DNA from: Gekko japonicus
Lineage: Eukaryota
DNA: 64,000 nucleotides
Assembly: GCF_001447785.1 (NCBI RefSeq)
Contig: NW_015162558.1
Location: forward strand, 124,001 to 188,000
Direction: 5' to 3'
This document shows positions 45,891 to 59,700 of this stretch, in pieces. The translations under genes and the position numbers were made by a program. How positions within the stretch are numbered: position 1 is the stretch's first letter; each line of letters opens with the position of its first letter. The notes below the pieces were generated by a model. The model saw only the letters and a list, made by a program, of their open reading frames with translations, was not told the DNA's origin and made no database searches.

Positions 45891-47146
45891 CGGACATCAC
45901 ACGCGAGAGGTGGAATTTGCCACTAGGCGTCCAAGGCCACCACCCCAGGGCTCAGGGAGGCGGGGGAACGTTTCTCCCCCCCCCGGCGGCCATTGCAGCA
46001 GCCGCTGACAGTGCGGCGGCCATAACTTTTTAAAAAATTCTTAACGAGAGCAGGGGGAGCCAGAATGGCCTCTTGCGTGTGATGTCCGAGCGGCTTGAAC
46101 ATCACACGCAAGAGGTGGAATTTGCCACTAGGAGTCCAAGGCCACCATCCCGGGGCTCAGGGAGGCTGGGGAACGTTCCCCCCCCACGGCCGTTGCAGCT
46201 GTCGCCATAACTTTTTAAAGAGCCCCTAAGAAGCTGGGGGAGCCAGAATGACCTCTCGCCTGTGATGTCTCACGTGATGTGATGTCTCGCATGTCACATC
46301 ACACGTGAGAGGTGGAATTTGTCCCTAGGAGTCCAAGACCACAACCCAGGGTTCAGGAAGGCGGGGGAACGTTTCATCCCCCCGCGGCCGTTGCGCCTGG
46401 GGAACGTCCCCCCCCCCTCCCGCGGCTGTTGCAGCTGCCACTGACAGTGCGGCGGCCATAACTTTTTAAAGAGCCCCTAAGGAGCTGGGGGAGCCAGAAT
46501 GACCTCTCGCCTGTGATGTCTCACGTGATGTGATGTCTCGCATGTCACATCACACGTGAGAGGTGGAATTTGTCCCTAGGAGTCCAAGACCACAACCCAG
46601 GGTTCAGGAAGGCGGGGGAACGTTTCATCCCCCCGCGGCCGTTGCAGGCAGCTATAACTTTTTAAAGAGCCCCTAACGTGAGCTGGGGGAGCCAGAATGA
46701 CCTTTCGCGTGTGATGTCCGAGCGGCGTTGCCATTGGACATCACATGCGAGAGGTCATTCTGGCTCCCCCAGCTCTTGGGAGGGGCTCTTTAAAAAGTTA
46801 TGGCTGCCTCTCGCTGTTCTCGGTGACAGCTGCGATGCCCGCGTGGGGGGAGGGGTGGGGCGAAACATTCCCTTGCCTCGGGGTGGTGGCCATGGACTCC
46901 TAGGGGCAAATCCCACCTCTCGCATGTGATAGCGCCACTCGGACATCACACACGAGAGGTCATTCTGGCTCCCCCAGCTCTCAGGAGGGGCTCTTTAAAA
47001 AGTTATGGGCCCCATCACTGTTCTCGGTGGCAGCTGTGACACCCGCGTGGGGGGGAGGAGTGGGGCGAAATGTTCCTTTGCCTCCCTGAGCCCCGGGGTG
47101 GTGTCCCTGGACTCTTAGGGGCAAATTCCACCTCTCGCATGTGATG
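45891..47146. repeat. Array of six ~170-225-bp units, each with its own terminal inverted repeats; four direct then two inverted
   Basis: Units 45891-46088, 46099-46268, 46296-46519, 46547-46720 (forward) and 46736-46930, 46941-47146 (reverse). Ends ACATCACACGCGAGAGG...CCTCTCGCGTGTGATGT. Confidence 0.85.
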
Positions 47147-47340
47147 GCGCTGTAACACAACCCCAAAACAGCGCAATAGCGACCCCATTGGGATGCCTGG
47201 ACCACTGAGATACATGAGATCACTACATCTGCCACCTGGAAACAAGTGGAAGCTCAGGCACACACAAACACACACTTCTGGATCAGACAATCAAATCGCC
47301 CAATAATCAGAAGCTTTGCTGGGCAAAAGTCCTACCTGGC

Positions 47341-48536
47341 CCCACCTACTTCCCAGGAACACTTGGCAGGTGCCAGAAAAGGCGTCAGCAGGCATCATGG
47401 AGACCACTGCCCTAGAGAGTCACCATAAGTCGGCTGCGACTTCACAGCAGTTTACACCCCCACTACTGGTATCCAAAGTGTCTGTGTTTGCATCGCTCAA
47501 GGGAAGCTTGGTGTGCCTTGAACAACTGTAGTTGGAAGGCATTCAACAGGTCTAGCTTTCCCCCAGCAGTATTCTAGGCAAAGCGTTCCGTGCGCCTTGG
47601 TGTTTAGTCATGCCGGCCACATGACCACGGAAACGTCTTCGGACAGCGCTGGCTCTTTGGCTTTGAAACGGAGATGGGCACCGCAACCCTAGAGTCGGAT
47701 TCGACTGGCTTTCGAGCAAGGGTACCTTTTATTCTAGGCAAAACTGCACCACTGGGATCCTTCCCACGTAGCTGGAGGAGTGTTTGGTATTGTTTGCAGA
47801 GCCTGTTTCATTCCCAACCTGGGAGAAACAGAGGCGCATCTCTGGGCTAACAGAGTATCGTCTTCCATCTTGGGCATGTGCCGGGGAGTAGGATGTGTCA
47901 GCTCAGCGCGGGTGGCTGTAAAAGACCCAGAAGGGGTCCCACCTACTTCCCAAGAACACTTGGCAGGTGCCAGAAAAAGCATCAGCAGGCATCATGGAGA
48001 CCACTGCCCTAGAGAGTCACCATAAGTCGGCTGCAACTTCACAGCAGTTTACACCACCACTACTGGTATCCAAAGTGTCCGTGGTTGCATCGCTCAAGGG
48101 AAGCTTGATGTGCCTTGAACAACTGTAGATGGAAGGCATTCAACAGGTCTAGCTTTCCCCCAGCAGTATTCTAGGCAAAGCATTCCGTGCGCCTTGGTGT
48201 TTAGTCATGCCGGCCACATGACCACGGAAACGTCTTCGGACAGCGCTGGCTCTTTGGCTTTGAAACGGAGATGGGCACCGCAACCCTAGAGTCGGATTCG
48301 ACTGGCTTTCGAGCAAGGGAACCTTTACCTTTTATTCTAGGCAAAACTGCACTACTGGGATCCTTCCCACGTAGCTGAGGAGTGTTTGGTATTGTTTGCA
48401 GAGCCGGTTTCATTCCCAACCTGGGAGAAACAGAGGCGCATCTCTGGGCTAACAGAGTATCATCTTCCATCTTGGGCATGTGCCGGGGAGAAGGATGTGT
48501 CAGCTCAGCGCGGGTGGCTGTAAAAGACCCAGAAGG
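47341..48536 (+). repeat. ~600-bp tandem duplication; each copy holds a 5'-truncated Sauria SINE
   Basis: Units 47341-47934 and 47938-48536; SINE halves near 47583-47730 and 48180-48333 flanked by TSD tattctaggcaaa. Confidence 0.88.
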
Positions 48537-48964
48537 TCAGAGTAGCCTGAGCTGAACTGGCAGTTTCCTTCGGTGCACTTTTCTCTAGCTTAGCAATTTC
48601 TCTCCAGTCTGGGGGGAGAGGTCCGAGTTTTTTCCCTTCACCCTTCTTCACCTCCCCGGCGTTTCCCCCCAGTTGCTGTGTCCTTTCCTATTTTCTCTGT
48701 GCCCTCTTCATGTCTCTCCTTGTTCTTAACAACCCTTTTCTGCTTCACTCTGTTCAGTCTCTCCACTCTGGTTGCCAATAGGCCTGGTGAAAAATATCCT
48801 GGAGCCTTTTCTTTTAAACTGGAGCTTAATGGGCAGGAATGGGCAACTGAAACTTCGCATTACCTGGTAAATAACGCCCCTTTAAGCCTCTGTTAAAGGG
48901 ACAGGACATTTTCGCTCCAGGTAAATTGGCAATCATCACCACCACCACGCCTTTCTCTGGAGCT

Positions 48965-49094
48965 GTGAAGGTGAAGGTCAAGGTTCCCTTGCTCGAAAGC
49001 CAGTCAAATCCGACTCTAGGGTTGCGGTGCTCATCTCCGTTTCAAAGCCAAAGAGCCAGCGCTGTCCGAAGACGTTTCCGTGGTCATGTGGCCG
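48965..49094 (-). mobile_element. 5'-truncated Sauria SINE with 47-bp flanking duplication
   Basis: Direct repeats at 48918-48964 and 49095-49141. Confidence 0.85.
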
Positions 49095-50559
49095 CAGGTA
49101 AATTGGCAATCATCACCACCACCACCCCTTTCTCTGGAGCTAGAAAGCCCTTTAAATATAGGTACATTGAATAGGATTCAGGCTCTCTCCCTTTCCCCTC
49201 CACCCTTCTTCCTGTCTTTCATCACAGTTCGGCTGACATGGAAATAAAATTTTGTCAGTCCTTGGCGTCACAAGTCTTCTCTTTATTTTTACGCCCTGTC
49301 ACGGTATCGCAGCCCAGTTCCACTATTGCTGAATACCACAGTCTTCCTTCCCCTCTTTCAATGCCATCTCTAGACACTGTGTTTGTGACAGGTTAGATGA
49401 TGGGCTGTCCCTGTATCTTTGTGTTCCTCGGAGCCCTACTGACCTTGGTGGCTATTATCCCATCCGTTGTAATGCAGGGACTGCTAAGAAACCTGCCAAG
49501 GAGAACAGTCAGCCAGCAAATTCATTTTCCATAGCCGCAGCCCTCTCCTCACATCTCTCTGGGATGGCCAGCTGGTGGCTTCAGGGGGACTGAAACTCAC
49601 GATGGGTGCCGATCCCTGTAGGGTGCCGATCCCTGTAAGGATGAGAAAGAGGGAACTGTGAAGGCTTGGAGAAGCCTCTGCAGTTTCCCTGCTTCCACAT
49701 TGTCTTCCTGCCCTTAAAGCACCTGGCTACATTTGGGACTTTTTAGAGGGAAATCACCGGGAAGGGGGGACAAAGAAGGAGATGAATGGACTGGGTGTCC
49801 GAGAGCTGTCTGCAGTGGGGTGGGGGAAGAACTTAGATGGCTATCTTTAGGAGCCTCTTGCCTGGGTGCCTCACCAGCGACAGCTGGGGCCAAGCATCCC
49901 AAAAAGGAAATTTTCTCAGGGACACTGGATACCCTTGGCTGGGAGAGAGGGAGGAAGGGTGGAGAGGGGGGATGAAAGAAAGAAGGAATGCGTTCATTCT
50001 GCATCTTGTGCTTTAAACTCTGCTGCGTGAAGCCTTTGAACGTGTTTTGGCATAAGAGTCAGCATCCTTTTCACCTGGCCACACCAAAAAATGATGAGAA
50101 TGCCATCACCCCGCCCAGTGCCTGCCTGTTTGCCTGCAGAAGGACCTCTGGGCCAAATATCCCATCATCCCAATAGGTGGCCCGGCCCTGAGTTCAAGTT
50201 AGCCCTTTATTTTCTGGTGTCCGTGCCACAGAGTGGTAGACCTAGCAATACCCACCAGACAGAAAGAGACAAAGTTTTGATGCTTTGCAGACGCTGGTGT
50301 GTGCAACCTGGCGGATATAACAGAAATGAATTCAAGATCTCGAAGTTTTACACAAGGAGGGCCGATACATGGATGCTTAGTATTTTGACAAACAAACAAG
50401 AAAATCCCTGAATGAGGCTTAAAGAGGGACCGTTCCCAAACTCTGTGAGGGGAAAGGTAAATCTGGGGTGCTGTGGACCCTTCAGATAAAAAACATTGGA
50501 AAAGTCAAACCCAATATACGTCTCCCCTTCTCCAAGAAAGGAGCTGGCCCATTTGCGTT

Positions 50560-50765
50560 CCTCCGCAGTCTATTTCTGGACTCTGGTTACCCCCCACCCC
50601 TGGAGCCAAACTGGAAGACAGGGCTATAGTTAGCTGCCCCGCCTCCCACAGTGGGTGTCTATATAACCCCAAGGGAATTGGCAGCCTGCGCCTAGGCTAC
50701 TCACCCTTCCGGGACATCCCCATCGCACCCACAGCCACTGCTCACTGGCCCACTGAGACAAAATG
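50560..50765 (+). promoter_or_regulatory. MYL11 core promoter and exon 1
   Basis: TATATAA at 50660-50666; near-consensus MEF2-like CTATAGTTAG at 50624-50633; exon 1 ends in ATG|GTAAGT, typical of myosin regulatory light chain genes. Confidence 0.75.
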
Positions 50766-53700
50766 GTAAGTGGAATAGGTATCATAGGGTCCCGAAGGAA
50801 AGGAGGGGCAGTGGAAACTGGCTAATATCCCCTCCTCCTTGCCTGGTCCTTTGGAAATTTACAACCTCAAAGTGGAGAGAAAGTTAAAAAAAGGAATATT
50901 GGTCTCTTGAACAGTTTTCTTCCTTCCTTTCTGAGGGTCTAGGATTTGCAGTTTTTGTCTTGGTTAAAGATGTGATCTAGCTAGAAGATGTTGGACAAAA
51001 GGGGGGGAACCTTATTCTATTTTACTCTGTGAAAGGACTACTGGTGGCATACGAGTCTCTTTATCTGCTTTCCTCTTGTGCTCATCTGGTCCGCCCTCCC
51101 CTTTTCTCTCCTCACACACACACACATCTGGCCTTTTCCTTTTCTTCCCACTTCATATTTCCCTAGCCAGGCGGAAGAAATATTTATGTTCAGTCAGAGG
51201 ATATCTTGGAGCTACCGAAGAATGACTGAGGAGTGATGTTTTAGCGGGGAGGCCATGAAGAGCAGCTGGGGCTTTTTGTAAAGGAAAGAGAATTGGGGAG
51301 GCTGGCAAAACGGGATCCAGAATGGCGTGTGATGGAGCACGATAAAAAATAATCCCACATACCTGGAGCTCTCTCTCCCCTTTAAGATCCTGCCCTGATT
51401 CCCAGTCTTCCACCGTGCACCCAAGAACTTGCTGGTGTATCCTTTCAAGCTCTTAATAACCGCACCGTGGTCTTAATTCTTGAATAACGCAACAAACCCC
51501 TTAACGCAACTGGGTATCAGATGGACCTCTTATGAAATCCAGTGACCGTGCCCCCCCCCCCGCAAAGGCCAGCTGCAAAGGAATCTGTTTTAAGGGGGGG
51601 AATTCAAAGAAGCAAAGGGCAACTAGCAACTGCTGAAGAGACAGGTGCTGCCGAATTCAGTCAAAAGGAGCTGTGATACAGAGTTTAAGAGCCGGTCAGG
51701 ATCTAGGGGTACTGCAACCTCCCTTTTTGTGGGTAATAGGAAACTCGGGGAACGCACATTTTTCTTTTGCCTTTTGAAGCTCTTTGTATCCCCTGAAACA
51801 TGACCAGGTCACGCACCTCGTTTTATGCAACCCGGAGCCCAGTGGGTGCTGACAGCACCCTGCAAAAGGTGCTTACGGAGCAGCTCAGGGGTTACTCATG
51901 AGAGTAAGCCAAGCCCCAATACACTGCAGGCGAAAATTATTCCCATCGTAACCCCCGGCAACAACTTGGGTTACTGACAGTGCAAGCCTATGCTGAGTTA
52001 CTCAAATGGGCTTACATGGGAGTAGCTCTGCAAAGGAATATACTGATTCGTATCCACGGCATGTCTGCTGGTACAAAAAGACACACCCACACACACTGGG
52101 ATGTGTGTCTCAATTTCTTACTTTATGGCCCAGCCTAGCCCGATCCCGTCAGATCTCGGAAGCTAATCAGGGTCAGCCTTGGCTAGTATTTGGAAGGGCA
52201 GCCTCCAAGGAATACCAGGGTCATGACTCAGAGGCAGGAAATGGCAAACCACCTCTGAAATGTCTTTTGCCTTAAAAACAAGTCTAGCTTATCACCTAGT
52301 GGTGCATAACGCTAAACATCTAGAACTCCTGGCTGCCCGACAATCTTAGGATCTCCTGGCTATTCTACACACAATGCCATACGATAATTAATAAATTAAC
52401 TTTATGGTTTCAGGTGGTATATGACAAAGAAAGCTTTGACTCAGGAGAGCTTCCGTCTTGGAAGGTTCTGTTGGTCTCTGTGGTGTTATTTCATGGCATA
52501 GGTGTACCTAAATCTTCAGACTATAGGCCACTTCTTAGACTCTCCCCTCTCCCCTCCAATGCAAACTTCTACCTGGGGAGGGAGTCCACCATTATGCCCT
52601 GCAGTGATCTTACTCTACTTACCTAGCATCGTCTAATCCAGCCTCTATTACCACCTTCCATATTTACGCATCCTTCGCTTAGCCCATTCCTATATTGGCA
52701 GCTGATATAATTGAAAGGGGGCTAAGAAACAGTCATTTCCCCCCTTCAAGCCCTCCTTAGGCCCTTTCCCCCCCCCACCAAACCTCTTTCCCAAGCCTTC
52801 TTTTGGGGGTGAATGTGTGTACTTCAGTGCACCTGGAATATGGAATTGCATCACACCCGTTTGGAAACTTTTGGGACAAGTTGCAAAATATTCTATACAA
52901 AATCAGCAGTAGGCTGTGATTTTGCTTTGACTATATTGACTCCCCCCCCCCAGCTAATTTCTGCACATTGAAGAAACTTTAGAAAAGCTTCTGAGCCAGA
53001 CTTCTGATGTGTCACATTGTATGTGCTTCTGTACTATCATAACAGAAGAACACAGAGATTTGTATTAACTACAGGAGATGTAAACTTAGCCTATATCATT
53101 TACTGAGCTCCTTCCACACATACTTGAAGAAACAATCTTAGTTGTTACAAAACAGAAATATATATATTTGGTGGTACTTCAGGTATTCTTGACTACTTCA
53201 CCTCTGTAACTTGAAGCTGTAATTGCAAGTTCTAAGCCAAGCCTGCCATTTTTTAAAAAAATAACATTTTTCCAGCTTCCGGACAACAGAGTTCCTTGAT
53301 GCATCTTTTTCAGGATTCCAGTATGTTGTCATGACATACATGTTGGAATCTTCTGAAATTTCCTTGCACTCTGGGGGAATATACAAAACCTGGTACCAAC
53401 ATTCTGTTTTGGAGACAAATTGACTTTTTTTTTAAAAAGGGAAGAAAGGTTTCTTTAAATGGGGGAAAATATGTTTTCAGGCATCTTTTTTTCAAAGATT
53501 GAGGAATATGAAAGTATCAGAAATGTTTTTGAATGTTCCGCAAGCCTCTCAATATTTTATTATCTGGAAATGTGTGGAAGGAGCGCCCCCTTCTTGACAC
53601 TTGTTCATGTGCTTTCATGTGCCTCGATGCTATGAATTGGCCTGATTGTTCATTCCCACCTTTACCTGTTCCAGGCACCCAAGAAGGCAAAGAGGAGGGG

Positions 53701-56700
53701 AGCAGCCGAAGGAGGAAGTTCCAATGTTTTCTCCATGTTTGACCAAACACAGATCCAGGAGTTCAAAGAGGTAAGAAACAAGGACAGAAGCGGAGGGAGG
53801 GAATGGATGCCATTTGCTGGAAGCAAGCCTAGACTCAGAGCTGGAGGGGATGCTCAAAACTACCGGCTCTCTATAAAGTTCACATTCTGAAAGAAGTTCC
53901 GAAGATGGTCTCCCCTCTGAGGGCCTCTTTTGTCCTTTCTGCGGCTTTCTCAACAGTGCCTTTAAAAAGGCAGAGGGATGAATGTTATTTCAGGTATGCA
54001 ACAGCGGAACCATAATGTATATTGGGCTGACCCTGCAACCCTCATAGAATCATAGAATGTTAGAGTTGGAAGGGACCTTGCAAGTCATCTAGTCCAACCC
54101 CCTGCACTCTGCAGGAGCATAGCTGAAAGAAAGCCCTACATACCTACAACATACCCGAAAGATGGTCGTCCTCTGCACAGTGAAGCCCATTCGTCTCTAC
54201 TCTTAAGTCAATTGATTTCAATGGGCTTAGATTGGAGTAACTCTGTGTAGGATGATACTGTTAATTTTGCTTGACTGTTTGGTGGAGATTTTGGCCCTGC
54301 TCTCAGAGAAAGAGGTGAACAAACCGGGATGTCTTTAAGGGCAAGAAAGAGCGATTTAAGTGTTTGTGGGGAAGACTAAGTTGCATGGACACAGCCAAGA
54401 GAGTAGATGTTCAGCCAAGAGAGTAGAAAGTCCAAGAAGAGATTTGTAAAGAATTTCCCAGTTATATAGATCACTGCCTTGAAATTGATAGATATTTTCT
54501 TTTTACCCCACTGGTAAATCTAGGTGTACCCCATTATTAAACATGGCAAATAACAGCCCCTTAGGGCTGTTTTAGGTTGGGAAAACAGTGTGTGGGGGCG
54601 TGGGAGGCTGGACTTCTCCTCATACACCATGGCCCGAATCCTAATTGGGCCCACACACCTAGGAATTAAGTTCTCCGCATGGTCTTACATCTGATCATGT
54701 GGCCCTATATGAGGCCCAGGGAAAACAATGTAACATAACAGGCCTTTTTTTTCTGGGGGAACACGCCAGAACAGAGTTCCGGAACCTCTTCGACAAAATT
54801 CTTTTGAAAACGTTTACAAGTTCATCAGTTTTCAGTATACAGATTGAAAACTTAGTTTCCCTCTTGAGCGTTCCGGCACCTCTTTTTCGAAAGAAAGAAG
54901 CCCTGTGTAGGTTGATCTTCAACTTCCTGTCTTATCTTTCTCCCGTCAGATGTAGAGTAGTGCTTGTGTAGTAGACTGGAGGAGGACCTGTGTAATGTTG
55001 TAGTAAAGAGGGTTGGACTAAGTCTGAGGAGTCTTCACTCAGCCATGAAAGCCACCCTGGGCCTGTCCCTATTTCTCAAGTTGGCCAACTTTAAAAGGTT
55101 GAGCTCCTTTGGGCAAGATTAAAAAAAATAAAAATAAATAAAAAATAGAGAACAGGGAACATTCCCAAGTCCTAAAAAGGACAAGGATCCATAGCAACTG
55201 TAATTTGACAAAGTTTTTGAAGTTGTTGTGTCTGTAGGACTTACAGAGCTTAGAAGAACTGATATTGTTGATGCCACTCACTCTTGCATGTTTCTGTCTC
55301 CTACGGCACCTCCATTCTGTTTACGACGGCGTCCTCCCCCATCCTCTCTACCACATGCATACATCCCATTTCAGGACCGTCTCTCCTTTAGTACTAATCC
55401 CAGTTCGTAGCAAGAGGCCCTCATGGAGGACGCCAGTGAAAGAGGCATCTCAGCTCCTGGGTCTCCATTTCCTTGCCCTTATGTGGGTGTTGCCGCCGCC
55501 CCTCAGTAACCCCCACCCCAAGAATGACGGAGGTTCCTTTCCGGGACCCTTGAGACACAGCAGTATCTATTTTGGGAAAGGGATAACTGAGACAGTAGGT
55601 GGCATCTGTGCTCGGACAGAACAAGCGCCAGCTCCTTACAAGGAGATCTTTGGAGACATATTCTGGACGACAGGGCTGGAGAAAGTGGGGTCACAGAAAC
55701 CTATGGGAGTCAAGTCATTGACGGTGGAGACAGTAGAGATGCCAGCCTCCAGGTGGGACCTGGGGATGTCCTGGAATTACAGCTCATCTCCAGGCTACGG
55801 AGATCATTTCTCCTTGAGAAAATGGATGCTTTGGAGGGTAGACTCTTTGGCTTTGTGCCCCACTGCAGTCCCTGTCCTCCCCAGGGTCCAGCTCCAAATC
55901 TCCAGGAGTTTCCCAACCTGGAGCTGGCAACCCTGCCCCCCAATCCCCCACCAGTGACCAGGGGGGACCTAGCAATCCTAGGAGACAGGGTCCACTTTTG
56001 GAAAATCTAAAAAAACCTTAATCTTTAAGTCTCATTCTGAAGATAAAGGGGGGAAATGCTACATTTAAATAGTGGGGTGAGGACTCGCAGTGTTCCCGCT
56101 AAGCTGAGTCAGTGTGAGCCAGCTCACAGTTTTTTACCCTCCAGCTCACACATTTTTGTCTTCGCTCGGGAAGGAGGGCTCCAGAGCAAACTAATTTATG
56201 CAGTGGCCAAATGGCTGGCTCACAACTTTAATGCCAGGAGCTCACAAAGTAGAATTTTTGCTCACAAGACTCCACAGCTTAGAGGGAACATTGGTGAGGA
56301 GAATCCCCCTTTTAATTATAATTCATTCCAGCTCTGTTGGTTTTTAATGACAACCTGTTTTAAAAACTTTGGTGCAGACGCCACATCTCGCCAAGTAGGA
56401 TACTGGAAGAGCAGCTTCAGTTTTTCTTCTAGCATTAACCACTCTTTGGGCATTCTTTTAGTTTTCCCCTTCTGCTTTCCTGACCTCTGTTTTTAGAGAG
56501 AATCTGTCTAGAAAGCCATTGCCAAGTACAGCAGAGAATATTTGGACTTGGTGGACCAACGGTCTTGACTCAGTATATGGTACCTTCATAGGTTCACTAT
56601 TACTCCTTACTTTAAGGAGATTAGTGTCTCATGGAGGTCATCTTTGGGGGACAAGGTTCCAGAATTGCACAGCTTTGGGTTGCTGAGATAAAAATTCCAG

Positions 56701-59700
56701 AAGCATATACTCTCTTGATGTAAAAGTTGCTATATGTAAATTGTAAGCTGCTCAAGGCACAGATCCATCATTTGCCCATGGACACTAAAGGTGCAACATA
56801 ATTAACAACAATCACTGCTACTAGTAGCACAGCCGTCCTCTCTGAATCTGTACAACGGCACTCTGGGGATTTTCCAGTTAGTGTTGTTTTTGTGCATTGG
56901 ATTTTGACCACATGGATTGGAAACAGGGTTGCCAGCTCTGGGTTAGAAAATACCTGCAGATTTGAGGGGTGGAGCCTGAGGAGGACGGGGTTTGGGGAGG
57001 GGAGGGCCTTCCATGGGGTACAGTGCCATACGGTCCACCTTCCAAAGCAGCCATTTCTCCAGGTGAACTCATTTCTCTGTCACCTGGAGATCAGTTGTAA
57101 GCCCAGGAGATCTGGACTTGGAAATTGGCAGCCCTAACTGGAAAGGAAGGATTCGGATGGTGCTTCTGAAATAGGCCCCTCCATTACTGCACTCCAGCCA
57201 CAATGGTGAATTGTTGGGAAGATGCAATTTCTGCCTCCCACCATTCCCAGCAATTGTAATTTACAGTTTTTCAAATGGAGAAAACACTGGCAAATCTTCC
57301 ATTTGTGCATTCCCAGAAGGACAGGAACGGCTGTGCGCACATTGTGGTTGTCTAGCAGTTCCTTTGTAGCAGGAAGGAAACACGCATGGAGTGAAGTGGA
57401 GAAGGAGAAGAATGAGCGAGGCAGCAGATTCTCCCCCCCTCCCCCAGTGGCAGCCTCTGGAGATCTCATCAACAGCTCCTTTGGAATGTACCACCTGTCC
57501 CCCAAGGGAGGGGCTCAGGGTTTAATATGAGACAGAAGAAAATTGTTTCCATTCCTGGTAGAAGCAAAGAGGGATATCGGGTGACAGGTGTCTCCAGGGC
57601 ACAGCTGCAGAGAAACAAGGGAGGGGAGAGTGGGGCCGAACGAGAATCAACCGCAGAAAACTGGGAGACATCAAGAGATGTTTGTTCCAGCCCGGGGCAA
57701 TAGTGCAGGAGCTCTTTAACCTAACCTATCCAGCCAACTTGTTAAAATTCTACAGAAAGATTTGGCAACTTTGCTGAAAAATTACAGTATTTTTCGATTC
57801 TGTCTCCCTACACTGCTACCTAAAGATATCTAAAGTGCTTAACTACAATCCATCCCCGCTATATCTTGGCTATTCCTCATTTGCCCATGTTAATTTTGCT
57901 CCCTCTTGATATTAGGGCTTTTCAGATCGCAAGAAACCACCAATATAACCTGTTCATTTAATTTTCCAGGCCACTTAGTTAAGTGTATCCTATTTCCCCT
58001 CTCTTCTCCTCAATACTACCCTGCAGAACCTATGTTAACTCAATTGCTTTGTGGATGGCCTTCATAAAAGGTGGCGATCTAAGCTGGAAATTGCAGCCAG
58101 CTTTGTTATCGGCCATTACTCAGGTTGGAATGTCTTCCATCTTGTCAGGTAACAGAGCTGAAAGGAGGGAATAATCCAGAGGTCACCTATCAGAGCCCCA
58201 AAGTGTCCTTTCTGTCCACTATTTAATTAACCTTGAAGTCAGAACAGTTTGTTTGATATCCTTCTGAGAGTCAAAATGGACATTAAAAGAAAATTTGTAC
58301 AAAACGGTTCATGTGCCCCCCCTCACAGACATTTACATGCTGACAGAAATGTGTTGGAATGAGCCCGCCAAAAATGCAAATGTGTTATGCAAATCCTGTA
58401 TGCAAACAATGAAGTGGTTGAATTCTTATAGACATTCCATGAGGACAGTTGGAATCCGATATAAGAATCAAAGGCGGTTAGTTGGAAAGAGGAGCTACTG
58501 ACTACCACACACATCGAGCAGGTCTATTGTAGCTTAGGTTGAAGGTGGCGATGCGTTTTCTGCAATCCTGCCATGGTTTCTTCTCTGTCTTTTCCTAGGC
58601 CTTCACTGTCATTGACCAGAACAGAGATGGCATCATTGACAAGGAAGACCTGAGAGACACGTTTGGTGCCATGGGTAAGACAAGAGAGAGTTCTGGAACA
58701 GCAGGACCATATGAAGAAGAGATGGGCAGCCCATGGACCCTACAAACCCAGTCCTCAGTCACCTTTCCTTGTCCCCACAGGGCGCCTAAATGTGAAGAAT
58801 GAGGAGCTGGAGTCCATGATCAAAGAGGCCAGTGGCCCAATCAACTTCACCGTCTTCCTCACCATGTTTGGGGAGAAGCTGAAGGGTGAGTGATTTCCCC
58901 AGAGTTCTGCCCTTTCTTCTCTCCCGAGTTGATAGCCCTTTGGACTGTTAACTCCTCTCATTTGCTCTTTTGCCCCCACCAGGTGCTGATCCCGAGGACG
59001 TAATCATGTCTGCCTTCAAAGTCCTGGACCCCGATGGCAAGGGCACCATCAAGAAGCAATTGTGAGTACCTACCCCTCCCCTGTTAACGACAGGACGTTT
59101 TGGAGGTCATTCATTCATAGGGTCGCCTTAAGTTAGAAGTGGCTTGGTGGTACTTACCCATCAAGTGCCCAGAGGCACTATCTGCCAGAGGCACCGTCTC
59201 CCACATTATAAGCGTACATCCATTTAAGGCTCATTCAGTGACTGGTTTCACTCAGTCCTGGGAACTGTAATTTTTGTATGAATTATGAGAGAACAGGGAA
59301 TGCTGACCAGATTCCAGTGGGTGATAGTTTGGAGAATTCCAATAGAGAGCCCCCCCGTCCTCGCAGAATGGAAGTTCCCAGGATTCCCTAGGAAGGGGAA
59401 CTGATACACCATCGCCTTGAATCTTTGGTGGAGAGGATTAGAAATTCTGACAGTCCTGGACTCCAAAAGGGTGGGATTGTTGCCTGCTGAGAAATGGCCC
59501 CATTAGGGAGCTGAAGAATAAAGCAGGAACAATAGGATATTTTGAGTTTATGTACAATTGCAAGTGCGGGTGGAGGGATTCTCTGGAATTGGAGGCCTCT
59601 CAAGCTGGAGGGCTTGGGGTCAGTTTGATAGTGGGTCCCCAAAATTTGGGAGTCCCTCTCACATGCCCCGTTTTCTTTGGCTTCACACAGCTTGGAAGAA

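Noticed and set aside
45891-47146. CRISPR-like repeat array
   Set aside because: Vertebrate DNA; the intervening sequences are homologous to each other rather than unique spacers; no cas genes.
55265-55957. 230-aa ORF in MYL11 intron 2
   Set aside because: No recognisable domain; the 3' part is MITE sequence.
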